A stretch of DNA of 64,000 nucleotides from Capsulimonadaceae bacterium (GCA_965215505.1 OZ244065.1:320001-384000); one strand, 5' to 3'; numbered from the stretch's first letter, positions 1 through 10,248 are shown. The notes: generated by a model from the letters alone, not told the origin. Numbers and translations are program-made.

Positions 1-278
1 GGCATGTATTGACCCGACAGCGACTGGATCAACGCGATATTTCCGAAGCGGCCCGCCCGGATGGCACGCGCCGAGGCGTTGGCCCGGTAGCCAAGCTCCT
101 GTGCGACCTCCAGGACGCGGCGTTGCGTCTCGGGCCGGATTCGCTGCTCCGCACCACGCCCGTTCAAGACATGCGTGACGGTCGCCCGCGACACACCCAT
201 ATGTGCCGCGATTGTGGCGATAGTCGGATGAGCGGTACGGGCGGAGGACATCAGACCCGTTTCTTGTTCTTGTTCCAT
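1..278 (-). CDS. LacI-family transcriptional regulator (N-terminal part; runs off the window start)
   Basis: Manual minus-strand translation from ATG 278 (or 251): ...PTIATIAAHMGVSRATVTHVLNGRG...ETQRRVLEVAQELGYRANASARAIR, a typical LacI HTH and hinge. Not in the ORF track. Confidence 0.9.
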   Translation of the reverse strand, partial: MEQEQETGLMSSARTAHPTIATIAAHMGVSRATVTHVLNGRGAEQRIRPETQRRVLEVAQELGYRANASARAIRAGRFGNIALIQSLSGQYM

Positions 279-322
279 GTCAGCTATTTCGCATTAGCGT
301 GTTGCTACTCCGTGTTAGCACG

Positions 323-351
323 AGTATAACACGGAACTGCTGGGTTGTCAA
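323..351 (-). promoter_or_regulatory. sigma70-type promoter of the LacI gene
   Basis: Minus strand TTGACA-17 nt-TATACT. Confidence 0.7.
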
Positions 352-411
352 CCCCGTGAAGGAACCGGAGTAGGGGAGGCGGAAAGTGAGAGGAAAAGTC
401 AGGATGGCATT

Positions 412-1947
412 CTAGGGAAGCGGCCGTGAACCCGGCCGCGCGAATCTGATGGTGACGACGGAGCGGGGCGTCAGCGTGACGACATTTCCGGTTGAAAGCG
501 CGCCCAGCTCATGCCAGTGTTCCCCCGTTTCGCCCTCGCTGGATCGGTAGACGGCGGTGGCGGCATCATGGTAAGCGTCGCCGTCGGGGGTCAGCGTGAT
601 CTGGTGAGGCTGGTTAGTCGGGTTGACAAGCACCGCCACGAGGTCGCCCTTGCGCGGGCCGATGTAGGCGGAGAACTTGATGCCGGGGTCGCTGCACTCG
701 GCGGCGACTCGGTGCCAGCCCTCGCCGACGAACTCGGAGAACGCCTTGACCGCGTAGAACCGCTCCCGACGCTCCACGCTGCCGTCATCGGGGTTGTAGT
801 AGACCAGAGCATAGCCGCCCGGCTGCTTGACGCTCCGGGCGGCGATCCAGACCAGATAAGCGCTGACGTCACCCTCGGTGAACGTGTCGCTGATGATCCC
901 CGCCACCGCTGTCAGCGAGTCGCCCTCCAGGAACTCGGTCTGGAACAGCGGCTTGTCCACGCCGCCCGTTCGGTACGCCGCGCGGACTTCGTTCAGGCCG
1001 GCCTCGAACCGGGCCGGGTCCGGGCCGCCCTCGCCGCCCGCCGCCCCCGCGCCGTAGAGGTGGAACGAGACGCCGAAGAGACGGGTCAGGTCCGACTTGC
1101 CCGCCGCGTCCTTCGGGTTGATGTAGGCGGGGACGTGGTTTGGGTCCGCCGCGCTCGTCTTGAGTGAGAACGTCTCCGGGCCGACGATTTTAGGGGCCGA
1201 CGCGCCCAGCGCGCCAGTCAGCCGGTCGGAGACCGATGCCAGAGCGCGGTCATAGCCGGCGATCCTGTCGCCTTTGGGGTTCGTCCCCTCGGTCGGGAGG
1301 AACAGGCATCCCTCGTAGGTCGCCGGGAATTCCAGCTCGTTCTGGAGCGCGATGTAGTCGGGGTAGACGCCGGTGAGCGTCTTAAAGGTTTTGAGGCTGT
1401 CCAGCCACCAGTCGGCGTAGGGGCCGTAGGCGAAGTTCCCCGCCGCGTCCTGCCTCAGCGTGGCGTTCGCCAGCCCCTTGTCCGTGCCGTCGGAGCGGCC
1501 CGAGGCGAGGCCGTTGCTTTTGAGGGCGGGGGGCGGCGACCAGGAGGTGAACATCAGCCGGACCGGGGCCTTGCCGCCGCGCGTCTTCGGGTCGCCGCCC
1601 CATTTGAGCGCGCCGCCCGCGAACTCGCGCGTGACCTGCCCGAACTTCGCCTGCTGGCCGGGGTAGCCGTTGTAATTGCGGAGCCGGTAGATGTCTATCT
1701 TGAGGTCCTGGAAGAGCGCCTTGTAGACGGCATCCCGTCTGGGGAAGTCTGCCAGGCTGTCGCCCGCGTAGGTCTGCGAGCCGCCGAAGCCGTAGATCGG
1801 CTGATGCACGTCCGCCACATGGATCGTGCCGACGGCTGGGGGCGTCGGTATGGCGGGCGTCTGCGCGGCGACGGTGGCCGCCAGACCGGCCGCCAGGGCG
1901 ATGATGCCCAGGCGGGCGGTCAGGCGCAGCGATGGCCGTACTCTCAT
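412..1947 (-). CDS. Secreted glycoside hydrolase, GH30-like
   Basis: Signal peptide MRVRPSLRL...AATVAAQ; QPIYGFGGS, SWSPP, IALQNE, LFQTEF motifs; C-terminal beta-sandwich. Start overlaps the upstream stop (ATGA). Confidence 0.8.
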   Translation of the reverse strand: MRVRPSLRLTARLGIIALAAGLAATVAAQTPAIPTPPAVGTIHVADVHQPIYGFGGSQTYAGDSLADFPRRDAVYKALFQDLKIDIYRLRNYNGYPGQQAKFGQVTREFAGGALKWGGDPKTRGGKAPVRLMFTSWSPPPALKSNGLASGRSDGTDKGLANATLRQDAAGNFAYGPYADWWLDSLKTFKTLTGVYPDYIALQNELEFPATYEGCLFLPTEGTNPKGDRIAGYDRALASVSDRLTGALGASAPKIVGPETFSLKTSAADPNHVPAYINPKDAAGKSDLTRLFGVSFHLYGAGAAGGEGGPDPARFEAGLNEVRAAYRTGGVDKPLFQTEFLEGDSLTAVAGIISDTFTEGDVSAYLVWIAARSVKQPGGYALVYYNPDDGSVERRERFYAVKAFSEFVGEGWHRVAAECSDPGIKFSAYIGPRKGDLVAVLVNPTNQPHQITLTPDGDAYHDAATAVYRSSEGETGEHWHELGALSTGNVVTLTPRSVVTIRFARPGSRPLP

Positions 1948-3329
1948 TGCGGCGCTCTCAGATAACGACCGGCGAACGTCAGGAACGTCGGCCAGTTCGG
2001 GCCGGTGGTGTGGCCGCCGCTGTGCTGGCGGAAGGCCAAATCCCCGCCGATCAGCGCGGTTTCCATCGGCGGGAACTCGGTGGCTTCCAGCGGCTTCCGG
2101 CCCAGCAGCTTGTACACCGGGCCTGCGTCCACGGTCGCGAGGAACATGCCTCGGTCGTCCAGCCAGGTCCCTTCCACCGTCTGCGAGCCGCAGCTGATAA
2201 AGACCGGGCGCGGGGCGCACAGCGCGATCAGCTCGTGCGAGTCCACCGGCAGGTCGCCCGGCGTCAGCGGCCCGTCATACTTCAGGAAGTTTCCGGCCAT
2301 CCAGTGGTACTCGCCGCTCGACGCGATGTTGCCTTCGGTTTCGCCGTAGTTGCGACGCCAGAGCTTGGCCCCGCCCTCGCCCGACGAGCCGACGAAGACG
2401 ACGGCGAAACGCGGCTCATAGGCCATGGCGACAAGGACCGCCTTGCCGTAGCGCGAGAGGCCCTCCAGGCCCACCTGCCCAGCGTCCACGGCCTTGTCGG
2501 TCGCGAAATAGTCTAAGGCGCGGCTCGCCCCCCAGGCCCAGGCGCGCAGCGCCCCCCAGTCGTCGGGCCTGCGCGGCTGGCCCTTGTTGCACAGGCCGAT
2601 GATGCCCTGGGTCAGACCGGCCCCGTTGTCCGCCTGGAAGGAGGTCGGGACCAGAACGGCGTAGCCCCAGCCTTTCGCCAAAACCTGCTGCTGCCAGGTC
2701 GGGCCGGGGGGAGGGCGGAAACCGGGGAAGCCGCCGCGCCCGCCCGGAAAGGGCGGAAAGCCGAACTCCATCATGACCGGCACCGGGCCGCGCGCGTTTG
2801 CCGGCGTGGTCAGGGTTAGCTGGATATTGACCGTGATGGCCGGGTCGGCCGAGTTGTCCACATGGCCGACAAGCTGCTTGGTGATGACCGGCACGTCGCC
2901 GTTCGTCTCCGGCGTCGTCTTGACCACCTCCCAGGTCACTTTGGGAGTGGCCTTGGGGACGCGGCCGTAGAGTTCGCGGTCGAAGTCTTCTACGATCTCC
3001 GGGCGGCGCTGCGTCCACCACGCCTTTGCGTTCGTGACCTTCCTGCCGTTCTTCAGCACCAGTGGGTCCGGCAGGTTGGTGTAGCGGGTCGCCTTAGACT
3101 CGTCGGTGTTTGCCGCGTCGGGTGCCTTCGGGTTAAACCCGCCCGCGCCGGGCCGCAGGGAGGTGATATGGAGCCGATTCATCATTTCCTGATGGTCCTG
3201 TTCCGCCGTCCTCGGCGCGGGCGGGGGCACGGGATCGGCGGAGCGTGCCGAGGGGGCGGCGGCCAGGGTCAGGAGCGCAAAGGCTGCGCCCAGGGCGGCG
3301 AGGCCCCTTGTGGATGATATTCCGAGCAT
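1944..3329 (-). CDS. Secreted CE15-like glucuronoyl/acetylxylan esterase
   Basis: WGALRAWAWGASRALDY, GLSRYGK nucleophile motif, LPVDSHELIALCAPRP, HSGGH; signal peptide. Confidence 0.85.
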   Translation of the reverse strand: MLGISSTRGLAALGAAFALLTLAAAPSARSADPVPPPAPRTAEQDHQEMMNRLHITSLRPGAGGFNPKAPDAANTDESKATRYTNLPDPLVLKNGRKVTNAKAWWTQRRPEIVEDFDRELYGRVPKATPKVTWEVVKTTPETNGDVPVITKQLVGHVDNSADPAITVNIQLTLTTPANARGPVPVMMEFGFPPFPGGRGGFPGFRPPPGPTWQQQVLAKGWGYAVLVPTSFQADNGAGLTQGIIGLCNKGQPRRPDDWGALRAWAWGASRALDYFATDKAVDAGQVGLEGLSRYGKAVLVAMAYEPRFAVVFVGSSGEGGAKLWRRNYGETEGNIASSGEYHWMAGNFLKYDGPLTPGDLPVDSHELIALCAPRPVFISCGSQTVEGTWLDDRGMFLATVDAGPVYKLLGRKPLEATEFPPMETALIGGDLAFRQHSGGHTTGPNWPTFLTFAGRYLRAPQ

Positions 3330-3345
3330 GAGTGGTTCCCCTTTC

Positions 3346-4227
3346 TCAGCGGACCCGGTGGGCGGACACGCCGCGCGAGCTTTCCAGGGCGTCGGCCCAG
3401 AGACGGTCCCAGGCGGCATGGTCGGTCAGCACCGATTCGGGGTGGGACCGGCTGCGGGCGACGAACTCCGGGTGGAAGGGCCGGCCCGTCGGCGTCCCGA
3501 CCGGCTGATAGCGCAGGTCCAGGCTCCAGCGGACGGCGTCGGTGAAGTTCGGGGTGGAACGGTGGGGCGTGTGGCGGTGCATGAACACGATGCCGCCTTT
3601 GCGGACCGGGACGGCGACCTGGGCCGTGTCCGGCAGCAGGTCGGGCCGGATGGTCGTCCCGCCCTCCGCCTGGTGTTCCCGGAAGCCCTGCGCCCAGACA
3701 TCGGGGATGACCTCCATGCAGCCGTTCTCGACGGTCGCGTCCACCAGGGCGAGCCAGCAGGTGACGATGTCCGCGCCGTCGGCCTCGGCCCACGTCACGC
3801 CGGCGTCCTGGTGCCAGGGGACATTGAAGAAGCCCGCCCCCTCCCCGGTCAGCGCGGCGGGCGGCTTGGCGCGGACGTGCTGGATGGGGCTGCACAGGAT
3901 CTCCGGCCCGATCAGGCTCTCGACGGCGTCCAGCAGGTTCGGGTTCCGCAGGAAGGCGAAAGTCGCCGGCCCGCGCATCTGCATGACGTCCATGCCGCTC
4001 GCGATCTCCGCCGACTGGGCGTACAGTCCGGCGAAGCGGTGCCCGAACGATTCGCCCGCGTGCAGGTCGCTGATCTTGCCCTCGGCTTGGAGCGCGCGCG
4101 CCCGCCGCTCGATCCACGCCTCGTATTCCTCAATGACGGGGGCGAGGTCGGCGTCGGTGACGACGCCCTCGGCGACCAGATAGCCGTCGGTCTGGAACGC
4201 CTGTACCTGCGTATCTGTCAGTTTCAT
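3346..4227 (-). CDS. Phytanoyl-CoA dioxygenase (PhyH) family 2OG-Fe(II) dioxygenase
   Basis: FQTDGYLV, PWHQD, CWLALVDATVENGCM, PHRSTPN...R motifs. Confidence 0.85.
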   Translation of the reverse strand: MKLTDTQVQAFQTDGYLVAEGVVTDADLAPVIEEYEAWIERRARALQAEGKISDLHAGESFGHRFAGLYAQSAEIASGMDVMQMRGPATFAFLRNPNLLDAVESLIGPEILCSPIQHVRAKPPAALTGEGAGFFNVPWHQDAGVTWAEADGADIVTCWLALVDATVENGCMEVIPDVWAQGFREHQAEGGTTIRPDLLPDTAQVAVPVRKGGIVFMHRHTPHRSTPNFTDAVRWSLDLRYQPVGTPTGRPFHPEFVARSRSHPESVLTDHAAWDRLWADALESSRGVSAHRVR

Positions 4228-4361
4228 GGGGCCTCCCTTGCAGAATCTTGCCACATCGGGTAAATTGCAATCGTCCCATTGTAGTTTATTCGGGACGCCC
4301 TGCCAATGGAGTTGCTGACCAGACCTTTACACTTTTTGTTCACCCCTATACTTGCTTACCC

Positions 4362-5141
4362 ATGAATGATCCTGCCATCACATTCCTCGCGACGACGCGC
4401 GAGCCGCACTGCGACATCCACATCGACAAGCATCTGGACGGCTACAGCACCATCCAGTACATGTCGGCGGGGGGAGTCGCGCTGGCCTACGACGACCAGG
4501 CTCATCTTTTGGAGGGCGCGTGGTTCTGGCCCGCCTATCCCGGCCCGCGCACGCGCTTCCAGGCCGCGCCGGGGCACGCGAGCTGGTTCCATCGGCATGT
4601 CGGGTTCCAGGGGCCTCTGCTTCACCAGTGGGCCGCCGCCGGCCTGTGGCTGGAGGGGCCGCAGCCGGCCCCGCTGGGCCGGGAGTGGCCGGAGTTCTTT
4701 GACGCCCTCATCGTCCAGGCCAAGCGCACGGACCGGTGGGGAAGACTGCGGGCCGCGAACCTTCTGGAACAGCTCCTGTTGGAACTGGCCGAGGCGCGGG
4801 CACAGCCGGCGCACGGCGAAGCCAGGTGGCTGGACCAGGCCCTGGACGCGCTGGCCCAGGAGAGGCACCTCCAGCCCGACTACGACGCGCTGGCCTCGGA
4901 TCTGGGGATGGGCCTGAGTACGCTGCGGCGGCGGTTCAAGGCCGCGACGGGGCTTGCGCTGCACCAGTACGCGCTCCAGTCCCGGATGGCGTCCGCGCGC
5001 GCCCTGCTCGGCGAGACAGACCTGCCAATCAAGGCCGTCGCCGAGCGCCTGGGGTACGACAACGTCTACTTCTTCTCCCGGCAGTTCCGCCAGCATCTGC
5101 ACGTCACGCCCGGCGCGTACCGCAAGAGCCGCCAGACGTGA
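4362..5141 (+). CDS. AraC-family transcriptional regulator, divergent from the PhyH gene
   Basis: C-terminal double HTH: LRRRFKAATG...IKAVAERLGYDNVYFFSRQFRQHLHVTPGAYRK. Confidence 0.9.
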   Translation: MNDPAITFLATTREPHCDIHIDKHLDGYSTIQYMSAGGVALAYDDQAHLLEGAWFWPAYPGPRTRFQAAPGHASWFHRHVGFQGPLLHQWAAAGLWLEGPQPAPLGREWPEFFDALIVQAKRTDRWGRLRAANLLEQLLLELAEARAQPAHGEARWLDQALDALAQERHLQPDYDALASDLGMGLSTLRRRFKAATGLALHQYALQSRMASARALLGETDLPIKAVAERLGYDNVYFFSRQFRQHLHVTPGAYRKSRQT

Positions 5142-5243
5142 CCGCAGGGTCAGTGGTATGAGGACTGCGTAAAATCAGTTCAAACCGACCGAGGGGCCGG
5201 TCTATTCGGATGGGCCGCCCGCGTCGGGACTTCGGATGTGTTT

Positions 5244-5268
5244 GTAGGGGCGCTGCTTGCTGCGCCCT
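5244..5268 (+). repeat. GTAG-type REP hairpin (family A)
   Basis: GTAGGGGCGCTGCTTGCTGCGCCCT; related copies at 26708, 27893, 32296 and 57031. Confidence 0.7.
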
Positions 5269-5581
5269 CTTCTCCTGATGCAGCCGATTCAGGCCGGGGG
5301 GCACGGATTTAGGCCGGGGGGCACAGTTGGGTAAGGCTTACGCGAGAGGTCTAATGTAGTCCGCCGCTGTCTTGGTCGGACATACTTATGTAAAGCACTA
5401 GAGTTACTTACTGACTGACTGATGTTACGCGCGCCCCGGATCTTTTCTGCTTCCCTCCGCGTCCGAAGGACGGTTTCCTGCCGGGGCTTTCCACAGCCCA
5501 AGTACGGCGCTCACTCGTCTTCCGGTCGTGGACCGGTTGGCGTCTTCGCCCCCCCCAGGCCTGCCCCTCAGGGCGGGGTTC

Positions 5582-8500
5582 TCAGTTGATCGTCACCTGA
5601 TAGCGGACGAACCCGTAGGAGTTGTAAGGGGAGCCTGCCGAAGTGGCGGCGGGCAGGGCGGTGGGGCTGACGACGACGTTCACGACGACCACGCCGCTGA
5701 CGTTCTGGGCCGCCGTGCAGATGCCGGACACGGCGACGCCGGGGACGTAGAACGTCCCCCGGTCGGCGTCGGCGGCGTTGCTGAGGTAGACGGTGGGGGC
5801 GGAGGGGTAGGCGGAGGGACTGGCGGCCAACGCCAGGCCGGAAGGTCCCGTCCCGCCGTCCGTCGGCGTCAGGCCGCTGTAGGAGGTGGGGGCGAAGGTG
5901 ACGTGGGCGGGCAGGACGTTTGAAACCACGACGCTGGTCACGCTCCCGGAGCCTACGGCGAGGAAGTAGATCGTGTACTCTACCGTATCACCGGGTCTGG
6001 CGGTCGTGGCGGTCGCGCCGCGCAGGTAGGCGGCGGACGGCGCGGGCCAGTAGGCGTTGGCATCGTTCCCGGTGCCGTCGGAGACGAACCCGGTGAGGGG
6101 GACGCCGTTGATGGCGGTGATGCGCTTGGTCAGCAGCAGGGCGGGCATGGCGGGCGTGACCGAGGCCTGATTGGAGTTGGCACTCGTCCCGCCGTTGTTG
6201 GTCGCCGTCACGATGTAGTAGTAGACGGTGCCGTTGGAGAGCGCCGCGCCGCCGGTCGGGTCCGTGAAGGAGGTGCCGGAAAGCCCCGTCCCGCCTGTCA
6301 CCGCCGTGTAGCCGCTGCCGCTGGTGGTGGACCGCAGCACCGTGTAGGTGATCGTGCCGCCGCCGGTCGCCGCCGTCCAGGAGAGCGTCGCCCGCGTATT
6401 GCCGGGCACGGCGGCCAGCGCTGTCGGGGCCGCCGGCGGGGCGTTCGGCATGGTGCTTACTTCGTCGGAATGGGCACTCTCGCCGCTCGCGGTGACGGCG
6501 GCGACTTTGTAGTAGTAAGTGGTGCCGTTGGTCAGGCCGGTGTCGGTGTAGCTGGCCGAGGCCAGCCCGGTCTGGTACGGGGTGCCACCCTCCGTCCCCG
6601 GTGTCGTCGCCCGGTACAGGTTGTAGGAGGCGGCGCTGGGGAAGGCCGACCAGGTGACGGTCGCGTTCGCATTGCCGGACGCGGCGGCGGCCCCGGTCGG
6701 GTAGGCGCTGATGGTGGCGATCTCGGCGGCGGTGAGGACGCGGTTATAGACGCGCGCATCGTCAATGCGGCCGTTCACCCAGGCGAACGGGGCGGCGCTA
6801 TACAGCCCGCGCCCGACCAGCGTATGGCCTCCCGCGCTCACGGGGGCTGAAAACGCCTGGGTGGCCTCTAATGTCCCGTTGACATAGAGTTTGAGCTGGC
6901 CGTTCACGGCATCATAGATGCCCAGCAGGTGATACCAGGTCCCGGCGACCGGCGTCGTCGCCGAAGTCGCGGCCCCGCCGACGAGCGCGTTGCTGTCCGC
7001 CGAAGCCAGGGCCAGGGTGAACTTGCCGACCGGCTGGTTGTAGTAGAGCGAGAGGATGCTGACATTGACCCCGCTCTCGCTGATGAATATCTGGTAGTTG
7101 GATGTGCTGTTCATCCTGACCCAGCAGGCGACACTGAAGCTGTTGGCGGTGGCGACGACCCCCTTCCCCATGTCCACCACGCCCGATGTCCCGTTGAAGC
7201 TGCCCGCATACCCGCTGCGGCCCGTCGCCCAGCCCGCGCCCGCGAACGCCCCCGTATTGGCGAAGCCCGACGAGTCGTTGGCCGTCGTGCCGGCGTCCTC
7301 GTCCATCTTCCACCAGCCCAGCAGGCCGCTCGCCCCGCCCGGCGTCGCCGCCACCTCGGCGGAGTTCGCGCTGACGGCGGCCCCGTTGACGGCTTGGACG
7401 ACGTAGAAGTAAGTGTTGTTGGCGGCGGTAGAATCGGTGTAGCTCGTGCCGGTGGGGGTCCCGACCTGGGTGTAGGGGCCGCCGGGCGTCGTCGCGCGGC
7501 TGACGACGTAGCTTGTCGCGCCGGCTGTCGCCGTCCACGCCAGGGCCACCTGGGCGTTCCCCGGCGTCGCCGTCACCCCGGTCGGCGCGGTGGGTATGGT
7601 GAGTGAGGCTTCATTGGAGAGTGCGCTCTCGCCCTGGGCGTTGACGGCGACGACTTTGTAGTAGTAGGCCGTGCCCGCCGTCAGGCCGGTGTCAGTATAG
7701 CTTGCCGAGGCCAAGCCCGTGCGGTACGGGGTGCTGCCTTCGGTGCCGGCGGATGTGCTGCGGTAGAGGTCGTAGGTGGTCGCGCCCGACACGGTCCCCC
7801 AGGTCAGGGACGCGCTGGTGGGCGAGGCTTCCGTGGCCGCCAGGCTCACCGGGGCCGCCGTCACCGACCCGCCCAGCACTTCCAGGCCGTCTATCACAGG
7901 GGCGTTGGGGTTGGTGCTGAAAAGGACCGTGATGTTGCCGCTGCCGTCGGCGGTGGCGTTGAAGTTGCGGACGACGGCCTTGTTGGAACCCCAGGCGGCG
8001 GCATAGATCTCGAAGCCGGTCAGAACCGTAGTCCCATTGATGGAGACGTTGAACAGGCGATGACCAGACGAGCCGTAGTACTTCTCCGCCATGTGCAGGC
8101 GCACGACGTAGGACCCGCCGGCGGTAAGCCCCGGCAGGGTGTAGGTCATCCCGCTGCCGGCCCCGTCCCGGTCAACCTGGTACACGGCCTGCGGCGCGGC
8201 GTTGGCGGCGGTCACGTTGATGGTGTTGCCGGAGGTGCTGACGCTCCCACCTGGGTTCGAGTAATAGGCGTCTGCCGCGAAGGGGGCGATGGCGGCGATG
8301 TAGGTGACCCGGCCCGCGTTGATCTGGTAGTAGGGTGAGGCCGTGTTGACGGGGTCTACGGCGACCTCAGCCGATTGGCTGCTGGTGCCGCCGGCGTTGA
8401 CGGCGGCGACAGTGTAGTAGTACGTCGTGCCGCGCGCCGCCGTGGTGTCGCTGTAGGAGGTGCCCGCGACGCCCGTAGCGAGACTGGTTTCAGCGCCGGA

Positions 8501-9721
8501 GGTCGCGCCCCGGTAGACGGTGTAGCTCGTGGCCCCGGACACCGTGCCCCAACTGATGACGGCGGGGGTGGCCGAACTCGTCGTCCCCGAGACGCCGGTC
8601 GGCGCGGACGGCACGGCGGCAAAGGCGGCCTCATTAGAGAGGGCGCTCTCGCCCTGGGCGTTGACGGCGACGACCTTGTAGTAGTAGGTGGCCCCCGCCG
8701 TCAGGCCGCTATCGGTGTAGGCGGCGGACGTCAGGCCGGTCTGGTACGGGGTGCTTCCTTCGGCCCCGGCGGCGGTGCCCCGGTACAGGTTATAAGTGGT
8801 CGCGCCCGACACCGTGCCCCAGGTGAGGGACGCGCTCGTGGCCGAGGCCTGTGCCGCCGCCAGGCTCGCCGGAGCGGCCGTCACCGACCCGCCCAGGATT
8901 TCCAGCGCGTTGATCTCGAGCTGGTCGGCGCTGCCGTTGCTGAAGTTGACCGCGATGTTGCCGCTGGCATCGGCGGTGGCGTTGAAGCTGCGGACGACGG
9001 CCTTGTGGGGGGCATTGGCCGCCACCCAGACGTCGAACTGGGTCAGCACTGAGGTGCCGTTGATGGCGACATTGAACTTGCGCTGGCCCGCCGCGGACCA
9101 GTAGTTCTCTGCCATCTGAAGGCGCACGACGTAGGAGCCGCCCGGCGTCAGGCCCGGCAGCGTGTAGGTGATCGGGCCGCCGGACGCGGAATTGCGCTCC
9201 GTCTTGTAGACCGTCACCGGCGCGGCATTGATTGCCGTCACATCGTCTGTGTTGCTGGTAAACCCTCCATTCCCGCCGGAAAAGTAGGCGTCTGCGGCGA
9301 AGGGGCTGACAGCGGGACCACCGGCATTAATCTGGTAGTAAGGGGAGGCCGTGTTGACCGGGTCCACGATGACCTCGGACGACTGGGCGCTCTCGCCGCC
9401 GGCGTTGACGGCGGTGATGGTGTAGTAGTACGTCGTGCCGCGCGCCGCCGTGGTGTCGCTGTAGGAGGTGCCCGCGACGCCCGTAGCGAGACTGGTTTCA
9501 GCGCCGGAGGTCGCGCCCCGGTAGACGGTGTAGGAGGTGGCCCCGGACACCGTGCCCCAACTGATGACGGCCGGAGTGGCCGAACTCGTCGTCCCCGAGA
9601 CGCCGGTCGGCGTTGACGGCCCGGCGGCGAAGGCGGGGGCGGCCCAGAGGCACCCGGCGAACAATGCCAGGAGCCGGAGGATAAACCGGGGGGTGAGTCG
9701 GGGGCCGCGGTGCGTCTTCAT
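5582..9721 (-). CDS. Large secreted adhesin-like protein: FN3 repeats, 2 malectin domains, LamG-like domain, C-terminal DUF11 domain
   Basis: Signal peptide ...APAFA; FN3 (W...YTVYR...YYYxVxAVN); malectin (YQINAGG...FAADAYF...VYKTER...LQMAE...RKFNV); LamG (GWWKMDE...WYHL...LYVNG...IDDARVYNRVL); ends LLLTKR...PGDTVEYTIYF...YGFVRYQVTIN. Confidence 0.85.
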   Translation of the reverse strand: MKTHRGPRLTPRFILRLLALFAGCLWAAPAFAAGPSTPTGVSGTTSSATPAVISWGTVSGATSYTVYRGATSGAETSLATGVAGTSYSDTTAARGTTYYYTITAVNAGGESAQSSEVIVDPVNTASPYYQINAGGPAVSPFAADAYFSGGNGGFTSNTDDVTAINAAPVTVYKTERNSASGGPITYTLPGLTPGGSYVVRLQMAENYWSAAGQRKFNVAINGTSVLTQFDVWVAANAPHKAVVRSFNATADASGNIAVNFSNGSADQLEINALEILGGSVTAAPASLAAAQASATSASLTWGTVSGATTYNLYRGTAAGAEGSTPYQTGLTSAAYTDSGLTAGATYYYKVVAVNAQGESALSNEAAFAAVPSAPTGVSGTTSSATPAVISWGTVSGATSYTVYRGATSGAETSLATGVAGTSYSDTTAARGTTYYYTVAAVNAGGTSSQSAEVAVDPVNTASPYYQINAGRVTYIAAIAPFAADAYYSNPGGSVSTSGNTINVTAANAAPQAVYQVDRDGAGSGMTYTLPGLTAGGSYVVRLHMAEKYYGSSGHRLFNVSINGTTVLTGFEIYAAAWGSNKAVVRNFNATADGSGNITVLFSTNPNAPVIDGLEVLGGSVTAAPVSLAATEASPTSASLTWGTVSGATTYDLYRSTSAGTEGSTPYRTGLASASYTDTGLTAGTAYYYKVVAVNAQGESALSNEASLTIPTAPTGVTATPGNAQVALAWTATAGATSYVVSRATTPGGPYTQVGTPTGTSYTDSTAANNTYFYVVQAVNGAAVSANSAEVAATPGGASGLLGWWKMDEDAGTTANDSSGFANTGAFAGAGWATGRSGYAGSFNGTSGVVDMGKGVVATANSFSVACWVRMNSTSNYQIFISESGVNVSILSLYYNQPVGKFTLALASADSNALVGGAATSATTPVAGTWYHLLGIYDAVNGQLKLYVNGTLEATQAFSAPVSAGGHTLVGRGLYSAAPFAWVNGRIDDARVYNRVLTAAEIATISAYPTGAAAASGNANATVTWSAFPSAASYNLYRATTPGTEGGTPYQTGLASASYTDTGLTNGTTYYYKVAAVTASGESAHSDEVSTMPNAPPAAPTALAAVPGNTRATLSWTAATGGGTITYTVLRSTTSGSGYTAVTGGTGLSGTSFTDPTGGAALSNGTVYYYIVTATNNGGTSANSNQASVTPAMPALLLTKRITAINGVPLTGFVSDGTGNDANAYWPAPSAAYLRGATATTARPGDTVEYTIYFLAVGSGSVTSVVVSNVLPAHVTFAPTSYSGLTPTDGGTGPSGLALAASPSAYPSAPTVYLSNAADADRGTFYVPGVAVSGICTAAQNVSGVVVVNVVVSPTALPAATSAGSPYNSYGFVRYQVTIN

Positions 9722-9735
9722 CGGGGAGCGCTCCG

Positions 9736-10248
9736 TCAGCGGATACGCACCTCACAGCGGGCCGAGACGGACCCCATCGGCGGCAGATCACCCAGGAACG
9801 TCCAGCGGAGCGTCGTGTACCGCGAGGCCGGGGCCGGCTCGTCGTCGGTGCTGCCGTCAGGGTGGGTCACCCGGACCGTCGGCTTCTCGGCGAAGGTCTT
9901 GCCGCCGTCGAGGCTTGCGGTCAGCCGGGCGTCGCCGGAGGCCGACGCCGACGACGCTTGGTATTCCATGCCGCGCGGGACCGGCTGGGTGAGGACGAAG
10001 CCCCTGATGGGCCGTGCGAGGTGGCTGCTCGCGGTCACGGTGTACCGGAGGGCGTCGCCGGGCAGGACGACGGCCTTGCCCGAGCCGAGCGGGAGCCATT
10101 TTGGCTGTCCGTCCTGACCGGGCGGGGCCTTCTTCTCGACGGTCAGCAGCACGGCGACCGGTGCCGGGCCGGCGGGGGCCGCCCAGGCCGCAGGCAGGCA
10201 GAGCGCGGCGGCGAGCAGCATCAGTATGGAGTTGAAGCGGGTTTTCAT
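9736..10248 (-). CDS. Small secreted single-DUF11-domain protein (paralog of 21493-22005)
   Basis: Signal peptide; VLPGDALRYTV...LTQPVPRGMEY...SLDGGKTF...YTTLRW...CEVRIR. Confidence 0.8.
   Translation of the reverse strand: MKTRFNSILMLLAAALCLPAAWAAPAGPAPVAVLLTVEKKAPPGQDGQPKWLPLGSGKAVVLPGDALRYTVTASSHLARPIRGFVLTQPVPRGMEYQASSASASGDARLTASLDGGKTFAEKPTVRVTHPDGSTDDEPAPASRYTTLRWTFLGDLPPMGSVSARCEVRIR

Noticed and set aside
304-320. LacI operator (TGCTA-N-TAGCA inverted repeat)
   Set aside because: Plausible position, but only 5-bp arms and no second copy to support it.
9-329. Plus-strand 106-aa ORF
   Set aside because: It is antisense to a clear LacI-type N-terminus on the minus strand.
5291-5324. 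Direct repeat AGGCCGGGGGGCAC x2 next to a short lower-GC patch
   Set aside because: Only two copies, not noticed elsewhere; no function can be supported.
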